DNA of 18,854 nt. It comes from Octopus sinensis. Lineage: Eukaryota. A program made the position numbers and the translations under genes. The stretch spans positions 1 to 18,854 of the forward strand of contig NW_021824408.1 of the NCBI RefSeq assembly GCF_006345805.1. The letters run 5' to 3'. Shown piece by piece: positions 8,930-18,854 of the stretch. Every line of letters begins with the position of its first letter. The stretch's first letter is position 1. A model generated the notes under the pieces. That model worked only from the letters and a program-made list of their open reading frames with translations. It was not told the DNA's origin and searched no databases.

Positions 8930-9345
8930 ACAGGCCTTGAAATTTAAAAGAAAGAGCATGATCAATTCCATCGACTTCAGTACATCGTGGTACTTTTATT
9001 AAATAGGCGGCGAGTTGGCAGAAACGTTAGAACGCCGGGCGAAATACTTATCGGTATTTCGTCTGCCGTTACGTTCTGAGTTCAAATTCCGCCGAAGTCG
9101 ACTTTGCCTTTCATCCTTTCGCGGTCGATTAAATAAGTATCAGTTACACACTGGGGTCGATATAATCGACTTAATCCGTTTGTCTGTCCTTGTTTGTCCT
9201 CTCTGTGTTTAGCCCCTTGTGGGTAGTAAAGAAATAGGTACTTTTATTAACCCCTCACCCCACCCGACCTCAAAATGCAAAGTAAAATTAATTTCGGTTG
9301 CATTTGAACCCAGAATGCAAAGAATCGGAAAAATATTGCGAGAGA
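8930..9345 (-). mobile_element. Old Deu/Nin-domain SINE interrupted by a younger copy
   Basis: Removing 9003-9250 joins GCACAGGCCTTGAAATT...CATCGACTTCAGT...GGTACTTTTATTAA to ...ATTTCGGTTGCATTTGAACCCAGAATGCAAAG, collinear with 15988-16147. Confidence 0.65.
9003..9236 (+). mobile_element. Young full-length Deu/Nin-domain tRNA-SINE with 14-bp TSD
   Basis: Head GGCGGCGAGTTGGCAGAAACGTTAG, B-box GAGTTCAAATTCC at 9078-9090, Deu/Nin-like GTCGACTTTGCCTTTCATCCTTTCGCGGTCGATTAAATAAGTA at 9097-9139. Exact TSD GGTACTTTTATTAA at 8989-9002 and 9237-9250. Confidence 0.92.
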
Positions 9346-9836
9346 CTGGTAAAAGTGCAAGAGAAAGAATCGGTTACAAAGAGAAACTAGTGGGGTCTAG
9401 TGTAGAGGGAAGTATTGAAGAAGAGAGGACAGTTGTGACAGTGATGGTAGGAGCAGGGTAGAGATGTGTGTTATTGGTGGTTGCAGCAGGTTAGGGATTC
9501 GTATACTTAGTTCAAATAGTTATCAGTCAATTGTCGTACAGGCAATAGAAATAGTATATATTTTTCTCTCCATAATACATTTCGTTCTATAGTTGATTAA
9601 TCTTCGTTTTACGAATAATATAGTATTTTATGTATATGCGAGTTTGAGTTTGGTTTTGACCGAGCAGAATGGTTAAGGTCAAACAACTGACAGCGTGACA
9701 AAGAATCGGTGAATCTTCGATCATAGGTAACATTGGTGGTTAAGACAGTGGAATGGCTGAACTGGTGTCATCCAAGCGTATATAGTTACTCAGAGAACAC
9801 TAACTTTGTAAATAAATAGTATATACTGTATTAATA

Positions 9837-10083
9837 TTGTGAAAGGTAGGAGAGTCCAGTTTGCTGGACATTGTTGTAGAGCTGAAAAAGAAGTAATTTC
9901 TACTCTTCTCCTCTGGAAGCCATCTACTCGCAATACCAGAGGGCGCACACTCTCCTACCCTGATGTAATCTCCAGGGATACAGGCATCCAGCAACAGGAC
10001 CTCCGTAATGCTATGATGGACCGTGAAGTCTGGCGTAACATAGTAAATTCCATTGTCTCGACCACGGTCGAACAATGATGATG
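9837..10083 (+). mobile_element. 5'-truncated RTE-clade LINE 3' end (C-terminus of the RT ORF) with (TGA)n tail
   Basis: ORF 9839..10078 KGRRVQFAGHCCR...LLLWKP...YPDVISRDTG...DLRNAMMDREVWR matches the RTE C-terminal pattern RR.R(F/W)AGHC.R...W.P...AM.DR..WR. The stop runs into a TGATGATGA tail. Candidate TSD ATTAATA at 9830-9836 and 10084-10090. Confidence 0.85.
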
Positions 10084-10789
10084 ATTAATAACATATCCGG
10101 ACAGCACTAAAAGGAAATACATGAGAACTACGGCAAATCATGCAATAGAGAAAACTCCGCATTTTTGGTCCTATTCGTCAGGAAACTCAGTGACTGTGGA
10201 TCGGAACTATTCCAGTAAGATAGTGTATCGTAATAAACAAAACCACAGTCACGCTATTCGTTAATGATTCCTGAAACCTCACTTTATGCCTAATCAAAAA
10301 GTTTTTCATATGAAAAGACAGCCAGCGGATATCACGGAAAGAAAGATCCAAGTTAACGATCGAGTTGCCTTTGGAGAAAAGTTCCACTCGGACAATTTCT
10401 TACGCATGTGAGTTTAAGACACATCGTTCCAAACCAAAGAAAAGTTCAAGTTGCGTTGCGAATTAGGTATCTAATTACGTTGTTTATGCGTTTTTCGATG
10501 GAGAATGCGCCGACCGAGACATTTCGAGTCTTCCACATACTTGCTGACGTAGCAAATGAGAATCAGCCTGACTGGTGCATTGTGGGTATAATGAGATTTA
10601 TTTGAATACCAAATATTTTACCTGATTGATGATATATGCGCATTACGTACACGAACTTTGAGTAGGAAAAGAATGAAACATAATTACATTGATTAATAAT
10701 AATTATAAACTCTGATTTATGTATTTGAATATTGTTTTCTCTTATTTGTATACAAAAATTTATCTAGACACAAACACAAACGAAGAGAA

Positions 10790-10853
10790 CTATATATATA
10801 TATTATATATATATATATACACACACATATATATATATATATGTATATATATA

Positions 10854-10925
<72 letters not shown>

Positions 10926-10984
10926 TATATACACATATATATATATACATATATATATATATACATATATATATATACATATAA

Positions 10985-11016
<32 letters not shown>

Positions 11017-11094
11017 CATATATATATACATATATATATACATATATACATATATATATATACATATATATACACACATATATTATATATATAC

Positions 11095-11125
<31 letters not shown>

Positions 11126-11260
11126 GCATTTGTACAAATATATACTTATACAAAAAGAGATAGTATATATATACCGCGCATATATATGTATACATATATA
11201 TCAATACACATACATGTACAAATGTACACACACGTACATATACATACATATAAATATATT
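10790..11260. repeat. Long (TA)n array with CA interruptions
   Basis: More than 350 bp of near-pure alternating T/A. Confidence 0.97.
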
Positions 11261-11609
11261 CACATATCTTCATGCGTTAGTTACAGTGTGTTGAATACAG
11301 TATAGTAGAGCTAAAAGAATGTCATCTAACCTCACATGAAGTGATATACACGCAAACAACACAAAGAAATATTGATATTAAGATAAACATCAATACTTTT
11401 TGTTCATATATTTATATGTAAAAGTGTATATGCATACACAACTGATAGATTTTCTGAATATATATATATATATATCACAACTCGTGTTCCACATCTCCTT
11501 TTTTAAATATATATATATATATATATATATGATTCCCTTCCTAAACATGTGTCTGTATGTGTGTGCAGGGGAGGGGTTATAAACAAAGTTTCATGTAGCT
11601 ACATGTAGA

Positions 11610-11815
11610 AACATGCACACATATGCACTAACAAATCTATGCACTAACATATATACACATCCATACGCACAAAAGTACTTACATATACACAAACACAGAC
11701 GTACAAACATACACATCCATATACACAAACGTACACACATTATACACAAATACACAAACATTCACATACCTCAACACACACATATATTTAAGCACCTTTA
11801 TGAATGAGCACACAG

Positions 11816-11879
<64 letters not shown>

Positions 11880-11900
11880 ACACACATACATACACACATA
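11610..11900. repeat. (CA)-rich microsatellite, pure (CA)n near 11817-11875
   Basis: Directly visible. Confidence 0.95.
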
Positions 11901-12084
11901 TTGTCTGTACTAATTCATTCATATTTACGAGTGTATGTATGTATATTATATACAGCATTGTTATTCAATGTAAAAGAAACAGAGTTACTCTATCAATCAT
12001 GCGATGTAATTAACAATCGCTTTCTAATCAATGCCACATTAATTATTCCTCTTCTATACTGTCTGCTCTTTATTGCATTCTATT

Positions 12085-12600
12085 GTTGTCATGTTGTTGT
12101 TTTTTTTGTTGTTGTTGTTGTTGTTGTTGTTGTTGAGGTGATGGTGTCGTTGGCAGTGGTTTAAAGGTAGTGAGGGTGATGGTAGAGATGTCGGTGTCGG
12201 TGGCTTAAAGTTGGTGATGATGATGATGAGAGGTGGTGTTGGTGTTGTTGTTGTTGTGGTGGTGACAGAGACGGAGGTGGTGGTAGAGGTGTTGGTGGCA
12301 GAGGTGATGTTGTGATTGTAGTGTCGGTGGTAGCAGTTGTTGTAGTACTGATAATCTTAGTGGTAGTGATTGTGGTAGAGGTGGTAGTTTTGTTGTTGGT
12401 AATAGTGCTGGTGCTGTTGGTAGTGGTTGTGGTATCGCTGCTAGTTGTAGCATCAGAATCAGCATCACCGTCATCATAAACAGCAGCAGTAGTAGTCTTG
12501 ATAGTAGTAGTAGTGTTGGTGGTTGTGGTTAAGGTTGCAGTTGTGTTCATCATAGTGGTGGTTGCGGTAGTAGTGGTGATAGTGTTGATCGTATTATTTT
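12085..12600. repeat. Degenerate (GTT/GGT/GTA)n trinucleotide region
   Basis: Directly visible. The Thr-rich minus ORF 12161..12625 is low-complexity. Confidence 0.85.
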
Positions 12601-12792
12601 CGCTTTGTTGGATCGTGCAAAACATGACTCAGTAGACCTATAACAAAATGATATCCAGTTATGACCACTCCATCGAATGATTCCCTTCGACTCTCAAGAC
12701 AGCATAATATTATTTGAGGAAGAGCTTGCTGTTAACTTTAGCAGGTCGAGTCATTACTTAGATGCTCATTCTTTGAACGGTTATAGTTGCTG

Positions 12793-13198
12793 TCTTCTTC
12801 TTCTTCTTCTTCTTCTTCTTCTTCTTCTTCTTCTTCTTCTTCTTCTTCTTCTTCTTCCAATCAGGACTCACGCCATTAGCCACAAAGATTAATCTCTAAT
12901 TCGAGCCTACTCTAAGCTACTAAGAATGCGTGTGGCAACTTGAAGATCCACCCACCTCACGCGATAGACTGGTGGTTGCACGGGCGCGAAAGCTACGTTC
13001 TTATCCTCATTCCGTAAACGGTGGCTTTTTAACGGGTGGAGAGCTGAACCCTCCTAGGGTACAGAGGATTCGCAATCTAGACTAGGGTCTGAAAGGTTTA
13101 CCACACCATAGTGGGTTACACCATGGTTCCTCTGCTTTGTGGCAGAAGTAGGAAGAAAGAGTGAGAGAAAGTTGTGGTGAAAGAGTACAGCGGGGATC
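12793..13198 (-). mobile_element. Headless SINE-related element: shared central segment, distinct ~290-bp 3' part and (GAA)n tail
   Basis: The reverse complement of 13150-13198 (GATCCCCGCTGTACTCTTTCACCACAACTTTCTCTCACTCTTTCTTCC) matches 6403-6447. On that strand the sequence ends in about 21 GAA units (12793-12857). That 12858-13149 belongs to the element is an inference. Confidence 0.55.
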
Positions 13199-13464
13199 CA
13201 TGATACGTTACAGGGTTACCAAAAGTAATTGGAATGAGAACAAAAGCTACAACCAAACCAGAGACGTGCTCCAAATGCAACAGTGTGGAGTCCACTGAAA
13301 ATGCCCATGGCACTAGGTGGTGGGAGACAGATAATGTCAACCACTCGTGTAAACCATAGCAGGATTTCCTCTCAGAACGCAAGTAACCGGAGCAAATACT
13401 GCAAAGACAGTTGATCTGACATTCTTACAGTTCTGCAAACCCACCGTCTCAAATTGACAACTTC

Positions 13465-13590
13465 TTGCTTTATCGAGCACAAAAGGGGCCAAGTGTAATG
13501 TTGGCTTCGACGGGATTTGAACTCGGAGCGCAGAGAGTTGGAACAAATAACAATAAAGCATTCTACCCGACGCTCTAACGACTTTGCTGA
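13465..13590 (-). mobile_element. Highly degenerate Deu/Nin-domain SINE 5' part
   Basis: The minus strand has GTCGTTAGAGCGTCGGGTAGAATGCT and B-box GAGTTCAAATCCC (13512-13524), then a decayed CGAAGCCAAC...CTCGATAAA. Confidence 0.6.
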
Positions 13591-13877
13591 TGCATACATA
13601 CACAGAGAAATTCAAATGCGTATATCGTTACTATTATGTTAAACTGTCGTATGTCCAAACTTGGACAAATACGTTCTTTTTCAATATATATTTTTGCTTG
13701 CAATGGCCGCTTCTTTTGGTCAACCTATCGTATCTCCAGCTGCTTCAGATGCCAAGATATCAAAAGTTGTTAAAGTGTAGTACAACGGTTTTGCTATGGA
13801 ATGGTGAAACTATCTTTTCATTTTCTGATTAGGCAACGTTTTGAACTTACGGCACTTATATATATATATATATATAT

Positions 13878-13975
13878 CCTCCTTCTTCCCTTTTTTCCTG
13901 AGCGCCTAATAATACTTTAATTGTTCCACCTCTTTGCGTTGTTGTCTTTTTGTTTTCTTGTTTGGATTAACTTTA
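13878..13975 (+). mobile_element. Short interspersed repeat fragment between (TA)n tracts (Penelope-like?)
   Basis: CCTGAGCGCCTAATAATACT...TTGTTCCAC...GCGTTGTTG...GTTTGGATTAAC resembles a common octopus repeat from memory. There is no second copy in the window. Confidence 0.3.
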
Positions 13976-13986
13976 TTATATATACA

Positions 13987-14038
<52 letters not shown>

Positions 14039-14300
14039 TATTCACGCCATCATATACACATATACCTACATATGTGTATATATTTCTGTATGTATGTAAT
14101 TATATATGCATACATATTTAAACATATCAATCTATCTATCTATGTGTATACATATTTGAATATATATATACACACACACTTACATACATATATACATACA
14201 CACACCTACACACTCACTACAGAGGTTTCTATTTATATATGTTTGGATATTTACATAAGTTCATGCGGTTGTAGTTGGCTCCAATGTGTGTGTGTGTGTG
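13976..14300. repeat. (TA)/(CATA)/(TG) microsatellite block
   Basis: Directly visible. Confidence 0.92.
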
Positions 14301-14394
14301 TGGTGTGTAGTCAAATCTATCATTTTCTCTTTCAACTGATTGAACTAAAATATAAATATCGATTTTATTGTTAAGAATTCACTGAATGGAGCGC

Positions 14395-14417
14395 TGATGA
14401 TAATGGCGATGATGTTT

Positions 14418-14461
<44 letters not shown>

Positions 14462-14510
14462 GAAGATGATGATGATGATAATGATGATGATGATGATGAT
14501 GATGATGATA

Positions 14511-14545
<35 letters not shown>

Positions 14546-14546
14546 A

Positions 14547-14587
<41 letters not shown>

Positions 14588-14588
14588 A

Positions 14589-14629
<41 letters not shown>

Positions 14630-14870
14630 GAAGATGATGATGATGATAACGATGATGGTGACAACGACGACGTTGATGATGATCGTGAGTGTGAGGACGA
14701 TCAACTTCGCCATAATCATCATCATCAACAACAACAACTGGAAAATAATGATTATGATGATAATAATACACCAACATTATCATGAATATGACCATCACTA
14801 CCACCGCCACCCCAGCACCATAACCATACACCACCTCCACACTTTTCATGACCACTACCAGTATGAAACA
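14395..14870. repeat. (GAT)n array switching to (CAT)/(CAA)/(CAC)
   Basis: About 250 bp of GAT with periodic GAA/AAT variants, then complementary-type triplets. Confidence 0.95.
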
Positions 14871-14939
14871 GAAGACAGCTATATACTGGATAGGAGTATC
14901 TAGGAGTACATCATAAGTAACATCAAGGAGTGGTGGAAG

Positions 14940-15511
14940 TTAGGAAAGTGTGTAGAGTAGGTAGGTAGAGAGGGGGAAAGGAGGATGAGGAGGTAGTCTG
15001 TTTACTGTAGTAGGAGTAGAAGGAATTAGAGAGAGGGAAATGTAAACCAGAGTAGCATTGGGGCTAGAGTGGGAGTGAGGTGGAAAGGAGAGAAATTAGC
15101 TGGAGAGAAGTGTAATATAATGTTAAGTGGAGAGGAAGGAGGGAGAGAGAGAAAAGAGAGAAAGATGAGATATGGTATAGGAGGAGAGATGATGATGTGC
15201 AAACTCAATAGGAGAGAGTATGAAGCAGAGGAGAATAATGGAAAGAGTCTGTAGGTGAAGTGTCAGAAAGAGTTTAAGGGTAAAGATTATGGAAGGTGAC
15301 AAGTAGATAAGAGGATATAAGAGAGAGAGAGAGAGAGGGAGAGAGACAGACAGACAGACAGAGACATACAGACAGACAGACAAACAGACAGACAAATACA
15401 GAGAGAGAGAGAGAGACAGAGAGAGAGAGACAGACAGACAGAGGGAGAGAGACAGAGAGACAGAGAGACAGAGAGAGAGACAGAGACAGACAGACAGAGA
15501 CAGAGACAGAC

Positions 15512-15560
<49 letters not shown>

Positions 15561-15856
15561 GAGACAGATAGAGAGAGAGAAGCCAGGGTAAGGAGCAGAA
15601 AGAGAGAAAATGGGAGTCTGGAGGTGAGATGATGATATATAAAAGAGTGAGGTGAAACGTTCGAGAAGGGTTTGAACAGATAAAAAGGACAGAAGACGAA
15701 GAAAGAGAATAATGAAGACAGAAGTAGTAGAGGAGGGTATTAAAGAAAAAAAATGAGAGCCGTGGGGGGGGGCTGAAGTGATGATATAACAAAGAGAAAT
15801 ATGTTAGACATAAGAGGGTAGGTAGATTGATAAATAAGGAGAGCAAGGGAGAGTAA
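14940..15856. repeat. Polypurine low-complexity tract with a (GA)n/(GACA)n core at about 15320-15580
   Basis: Strong A/G strand bias visible over about 900 bp. Confidence 0.9.
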
Positions 15857-15987
15857 GGACCTCATTTTACTCTGAAGGAGTGAAACGCAAAGACCTCGGC
15901 GGTATGACATTTTAGAACGAATAGAGATGGAAGAAACGATTCTAAACATTTTGTCCAACGCGATAACGACTCTGTTAGCTCGCCGCC
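15857..15987 (-). mobile_element. Old Deu/Nin-domain SINE (5' part)
   Basis: The minus strand starts GGCGGCGAGCTAACAGAGTCGTTATCGCG and contains CCGCCGAGGTCTTTGCGTTTCA. Confidence 0.7.
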
Positions 15988-16147
15988 ATAATCATCTACT
16001 ATAGGCACAAGGCCTGAAGTTTAGGGGAGGAGGTAGTTGATTACATCGAACCCAGTTCTCAACAGGTACTTACGTAGGATGAAAGGGTGAAAGCAAAGTC
16101 GACCTCGGGGGAAATTTGAATTATGAACATAGCGACGGGCGAAATAC
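15988..16147 (-). mobile_element. Headless Deu/Nin-domain SINE with the alternative tail (GGCCTTGTGCCTATAGTAG)
   Basis: The minus strand reads GTATTTCGCCCGTCGCTATGTTC...CCGAGGTCGACTTTGC...GGCCTTGTGCCTATAGTAGATGATTAT. Confidence 0.8.
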
Positions 16148-16385
16148 CTATTTCTATTTCTTTATTACCCACAAGGGCTAAAAACAGAGGGGACAAACAA
16201 GGACAGACATAGTATTAAGTCGATTACATCGACCCAGTGCGTAACTGGGTACTTAATTTATCGACCCGAAAGGATGAAAGGCAAAGTCGACCTCGGCGGA
16301 ATTTGAACTGAGAACGTCGTACGGCAGCCGAAATCTACGCTAAGCATTTCGCCCCGACGTGCTAACGATTCTGCCAGCTCACTGC
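16148..16385 (-). mobile_element. Full-length Deu/Nin-domain SINE
   Basis: Aligns end to end with 9003-9236, including the tail CCTTGTTTGTCCCCTCTG...CCTTGTGGGTAATAAAGAAATAG. Confidence 0.92.
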
Positions 16386-16386
16386 T

Positions 16387-16387
<1 letters not shown>

Positions 16388-16429
<42 letters not shown>

Positions 16430-16455
16430 TAATAATGATAAATAAATAAATAAAG
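16388..16455. repeat. (ATA)n/(AAAT)n microsatellite
   Basis: Directly visible. Confidence 0.95.
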
Positions 16456-16659
16456 GCATCAGAGGGGCGATGCATACACTGCACGCTGATAAATTGTTTC
16501 GCATATTATGGTGTGGCTTACAATGCGTTGCTTATCCATGTTTTTTAATTGAACTGAATTAATTTTTGGCTTTTTTTTAAAGTACTACCATTATAGATAT
16601 TTATACACCAGTGAAATTACGAACTCAACTCGTAAATAAACGAAACCTTCCAAACCTCT

Positions 16660-17100
16660 ATTGTCTACATACGCACACACACCAACCCGCAGTCGCACAT
16701 ATTTGTATGTATTTATGTATGTTATTATTCAGTTTATTTCAAGATTTCTTGCCAGTAGAGAGAGAACCGGTTTCTAACCTAGATCCAATGTTCCTTCATT
16801 GGGATTTTAACATCAACAACAGGGAAGTTTTGTTTTATTTGTATGTATGTATGTGCAGATTAGTATGTTATATTTATGTATTCTCATGCATGTATGTACG
16901 CACCATGATCGATACACACGTAGACGAGGGTCGATTCATAAGACAAAATAAAGTGAACAAAATAATATGACCACTTGCTTATCTGGAAATTTGTAAGTTT
17001 GATGTTAAGTTTTTTAAGTATCACCATTATAAGTATTTATACTCCGGTGATCGAATCCATCACTGTACACGCACACACACATACGTACACACAGAGTCGC

Positions 17101-17131
<31 letters not shown>

Positions 17132-17431
17132 TGTATGTATGTATGTACGTACGCACGTACACGTATCTACGCGCGTAGGTACGCCATGATCTACACACAT
17201 GCAGATGAAGGTCGACTCATATGAAAAAGAAAGTGAACAAACAATATGACCACTTGATTACTGGAAAATTTGTAAGTTCGATCCAAATGTTTATCATTAC
17301 GAACCACTCACTCAGTGAATATTTCTGCCAAGTGTGGTGAAAATCTGTTCAGCTGTTTTCCAGTTATTTTGCAAACACACAGACGGGTGATTACAATACC
17401 CTGCTTTCGCTTACGTGCGCAGAGTGATAAT
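16660..17431 (+). mobile_element. Candidate non-autonomous Helentron/HINE (DINE-1-like) element with internal tandem units
   Basis: Diverged ~105-bp duplicates at 16896-17003 and 17179-17282, an internal (TATG)n at about 17102-17147, and a 3' hairpin ACCCTGC (17398-17404) / GCAGAGT (17419-17425) followed by a T-run. The 5' end was not located. Confidence 0.4.
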
Positions 17432-17984
17432 CTTTTTTTAATTTTTATTATCCCCAAGAAGTCGAAAAGGTTCAAAAACACGAAACATTCACCAAGAGTG
17501 ACAAAGAAAGAAAAATTGATGTCTGAAAGACAAAGTTTGAAATTACCAAAAAAAAAAAAAAGAGGGTTGGGTAGGGGAATACATATTTATATATATATAT
17601 AAATAGACGTATTAGGATTTTCAAACTATATATATTTACCCGGAAGTAAATAAAAGGCTGTGAAACAGTATAATGGCACCAAAATATAATTAAAAGAAAA
17701 TTAAATGTGAAAGATTAGTACCTATGATGGGCCCTTCACGAAAACTTTCCGTTAACGAATTACCGAATTGTGCCTGAGTGCAACCAAATGCACCGGTAAG
17801 CATTTTTTGAAAAACTAAAATCGCCTTCCAGAGGAGCTTTTTGGAGTTTGTCGTAATATCTTTAGTTTTATTTTTACTAATAGTCTATCGTTTCCATGTA
17901 GATTATATTCTGAATCTCACTGTTTATGTGCCATTTTAACGGTTTTGGAACATCGTAGCAACAACATATGCTTAATTTTCGCAA

Positions 17985-18326
17985 AATGTTTTTGTTTCAG
18001 CCAGTGAACTGCAGCCATGCAGTTGAAAGTTTATGTCAAAAAGATCACCCTACAACTAACTTTTAGAAGTCTGGTACATATTCTGTCAGGGTGTTTTGCC
18101 GAACCTCTAAGTTAAGAGGACGTATACAAAGCAAAACCTGATGCCAAAGGATAATAGAGAGTCAGATAAATGCAAACAAATAGACACACACACATCTACC
18201 ATGAGCCACCACACATTTCTCTCGACTAAATTAATTCACAAGGGGCTAAGGTCACGGGCCATAGGACTGAACCTAAAACCACATGGTTGCAAAGAGATCA
18301 TATTAATAACACAACCATACCTGCGC
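17985..18326 (-). mobile_element. Degenerate but unsplit copy of the microsatellite-containing CORE-like SINE
   Basis: Head on the minus strand GCGCAGGTATGG...GGTTCAGTCC, an internal CA tract near 18180, and a 3' part homologous to 1475-1630. Confidence 0.7.
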
Positions 18327-18854
18327 ATATATATTTGTTCGTTTGTCTTCCACCTGCCTTCGTCTTTTGTTTATTTTCATAAAGCTTCCCGTTATATATA
18401 TATATATATATATATATACATGTGTGTGAGCAGAAGTAACAGAGTGACTCAAGGTCCGAGAGCTTCGTGTCGTATTATATATATATATGTATGTATGTAT
18501 AGATAGAGAAAGAGAGAGTGAGAGAGAGAAGGCAGGTGCGCGTGTATGAATGTACAACCAAGAAATTAAAAAACTCAGAAGAAAAAGTGTACACACCCAC
18601 GTACATACATGTATATATAATTCTTCTTATTATTACTATTATTATTATGACGGACGATTATTCCTCCTTCATAATCACACGTCATTTCACAAATACAATG
18701 GTTACATGACGAATGTGTGAATGAGTGTAGAGGAGGAATCGGTTATGTTTGTATACACTGAAGATTTTCATATGCACCGCTGAGTCGAAATACGTTTCGG
18801 TGCTGAACCCACACATATTTAAGCTCCACCAACTGAAGATGCGCTTACATAGAA

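Noticed and set aside
10090-10700. Unique-looking region with a GTGAGT donor at 10408, an LDLS-F-D-RW/KNFL hint of RT on the minus strand, a 10-bp inverted repeat (10190-10199/10243-10252) and a 14-bp palindrome (10303-10316)
   Set aside because: Frames are interrupted by stops, the motif spacing does not fit RT, and the short symmetries are within chance expectation. A BLASTx would settle it.
12161-12625. Thr-rich mucin-like minus ORF
   Set aside because: It is a degenerate GTT/GGT/GTA repeat with no signal peptide or splice context.
13200-13360. Plus-frame CSKC...WW...CKP as a possible RLE zinc-knuckle remnant
   Set aside because: The CCHC spacing is incomplete and no PD motif follows.
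202-15846. Dozens of long ORFs rich in Y/I, H/T, poly-L/I/N/M/D/V
   Set aside because: They are translations of di- and trinucleotide repeats that lack stops in several frames at once. None has a domain-like sequence.
17715-17790. Strong donor CCG/GTAAGC near 17780
   Set aside because: All three upstream frames contain stops and there is no clear acceptor. A non-coding exon cannot be excluded without RNA data.

Overview
AT-rich eukaryotic intergenic or deep-intronic DNA with no recognisable host protein-coding exon, rRNA, true tRNA or CRISPR array. Repeat content strongly suggests an octopus genome (my recollection of the families, not a database hit). Roughly a third of the window (eyeball estimate) is compound microsatellite. 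Almost all ORFs in the supplied track are artefacts of these repeats. The rest is a nested graveyard of retroelements: about a dozen tRNA-derived SINE copies of at least four designs (Arg-tRNA-like head with interchangeable tails, two CORE-like designs, Deu/Nin-domain), three fossil pieces of restriction-like-endonuclease (RLE; R4/Dong-like) LINEs, a 5'-truncated RTE LINE 3' end, a short repeat family ending in AATAAA(A)GAAA, and a candidate Helentron/HINE-like element. I see no convincing new biological system. The best leads concern mobile-element architecture: a perfect 66-bp inverted duplication fused to an RLE fragment; the same head-to-head 'short element / (AAT)n / RLE fragment' layout occurring twice; a 3' terminus shared between SINEs and an unidentified short element; and SINE tail swapping.
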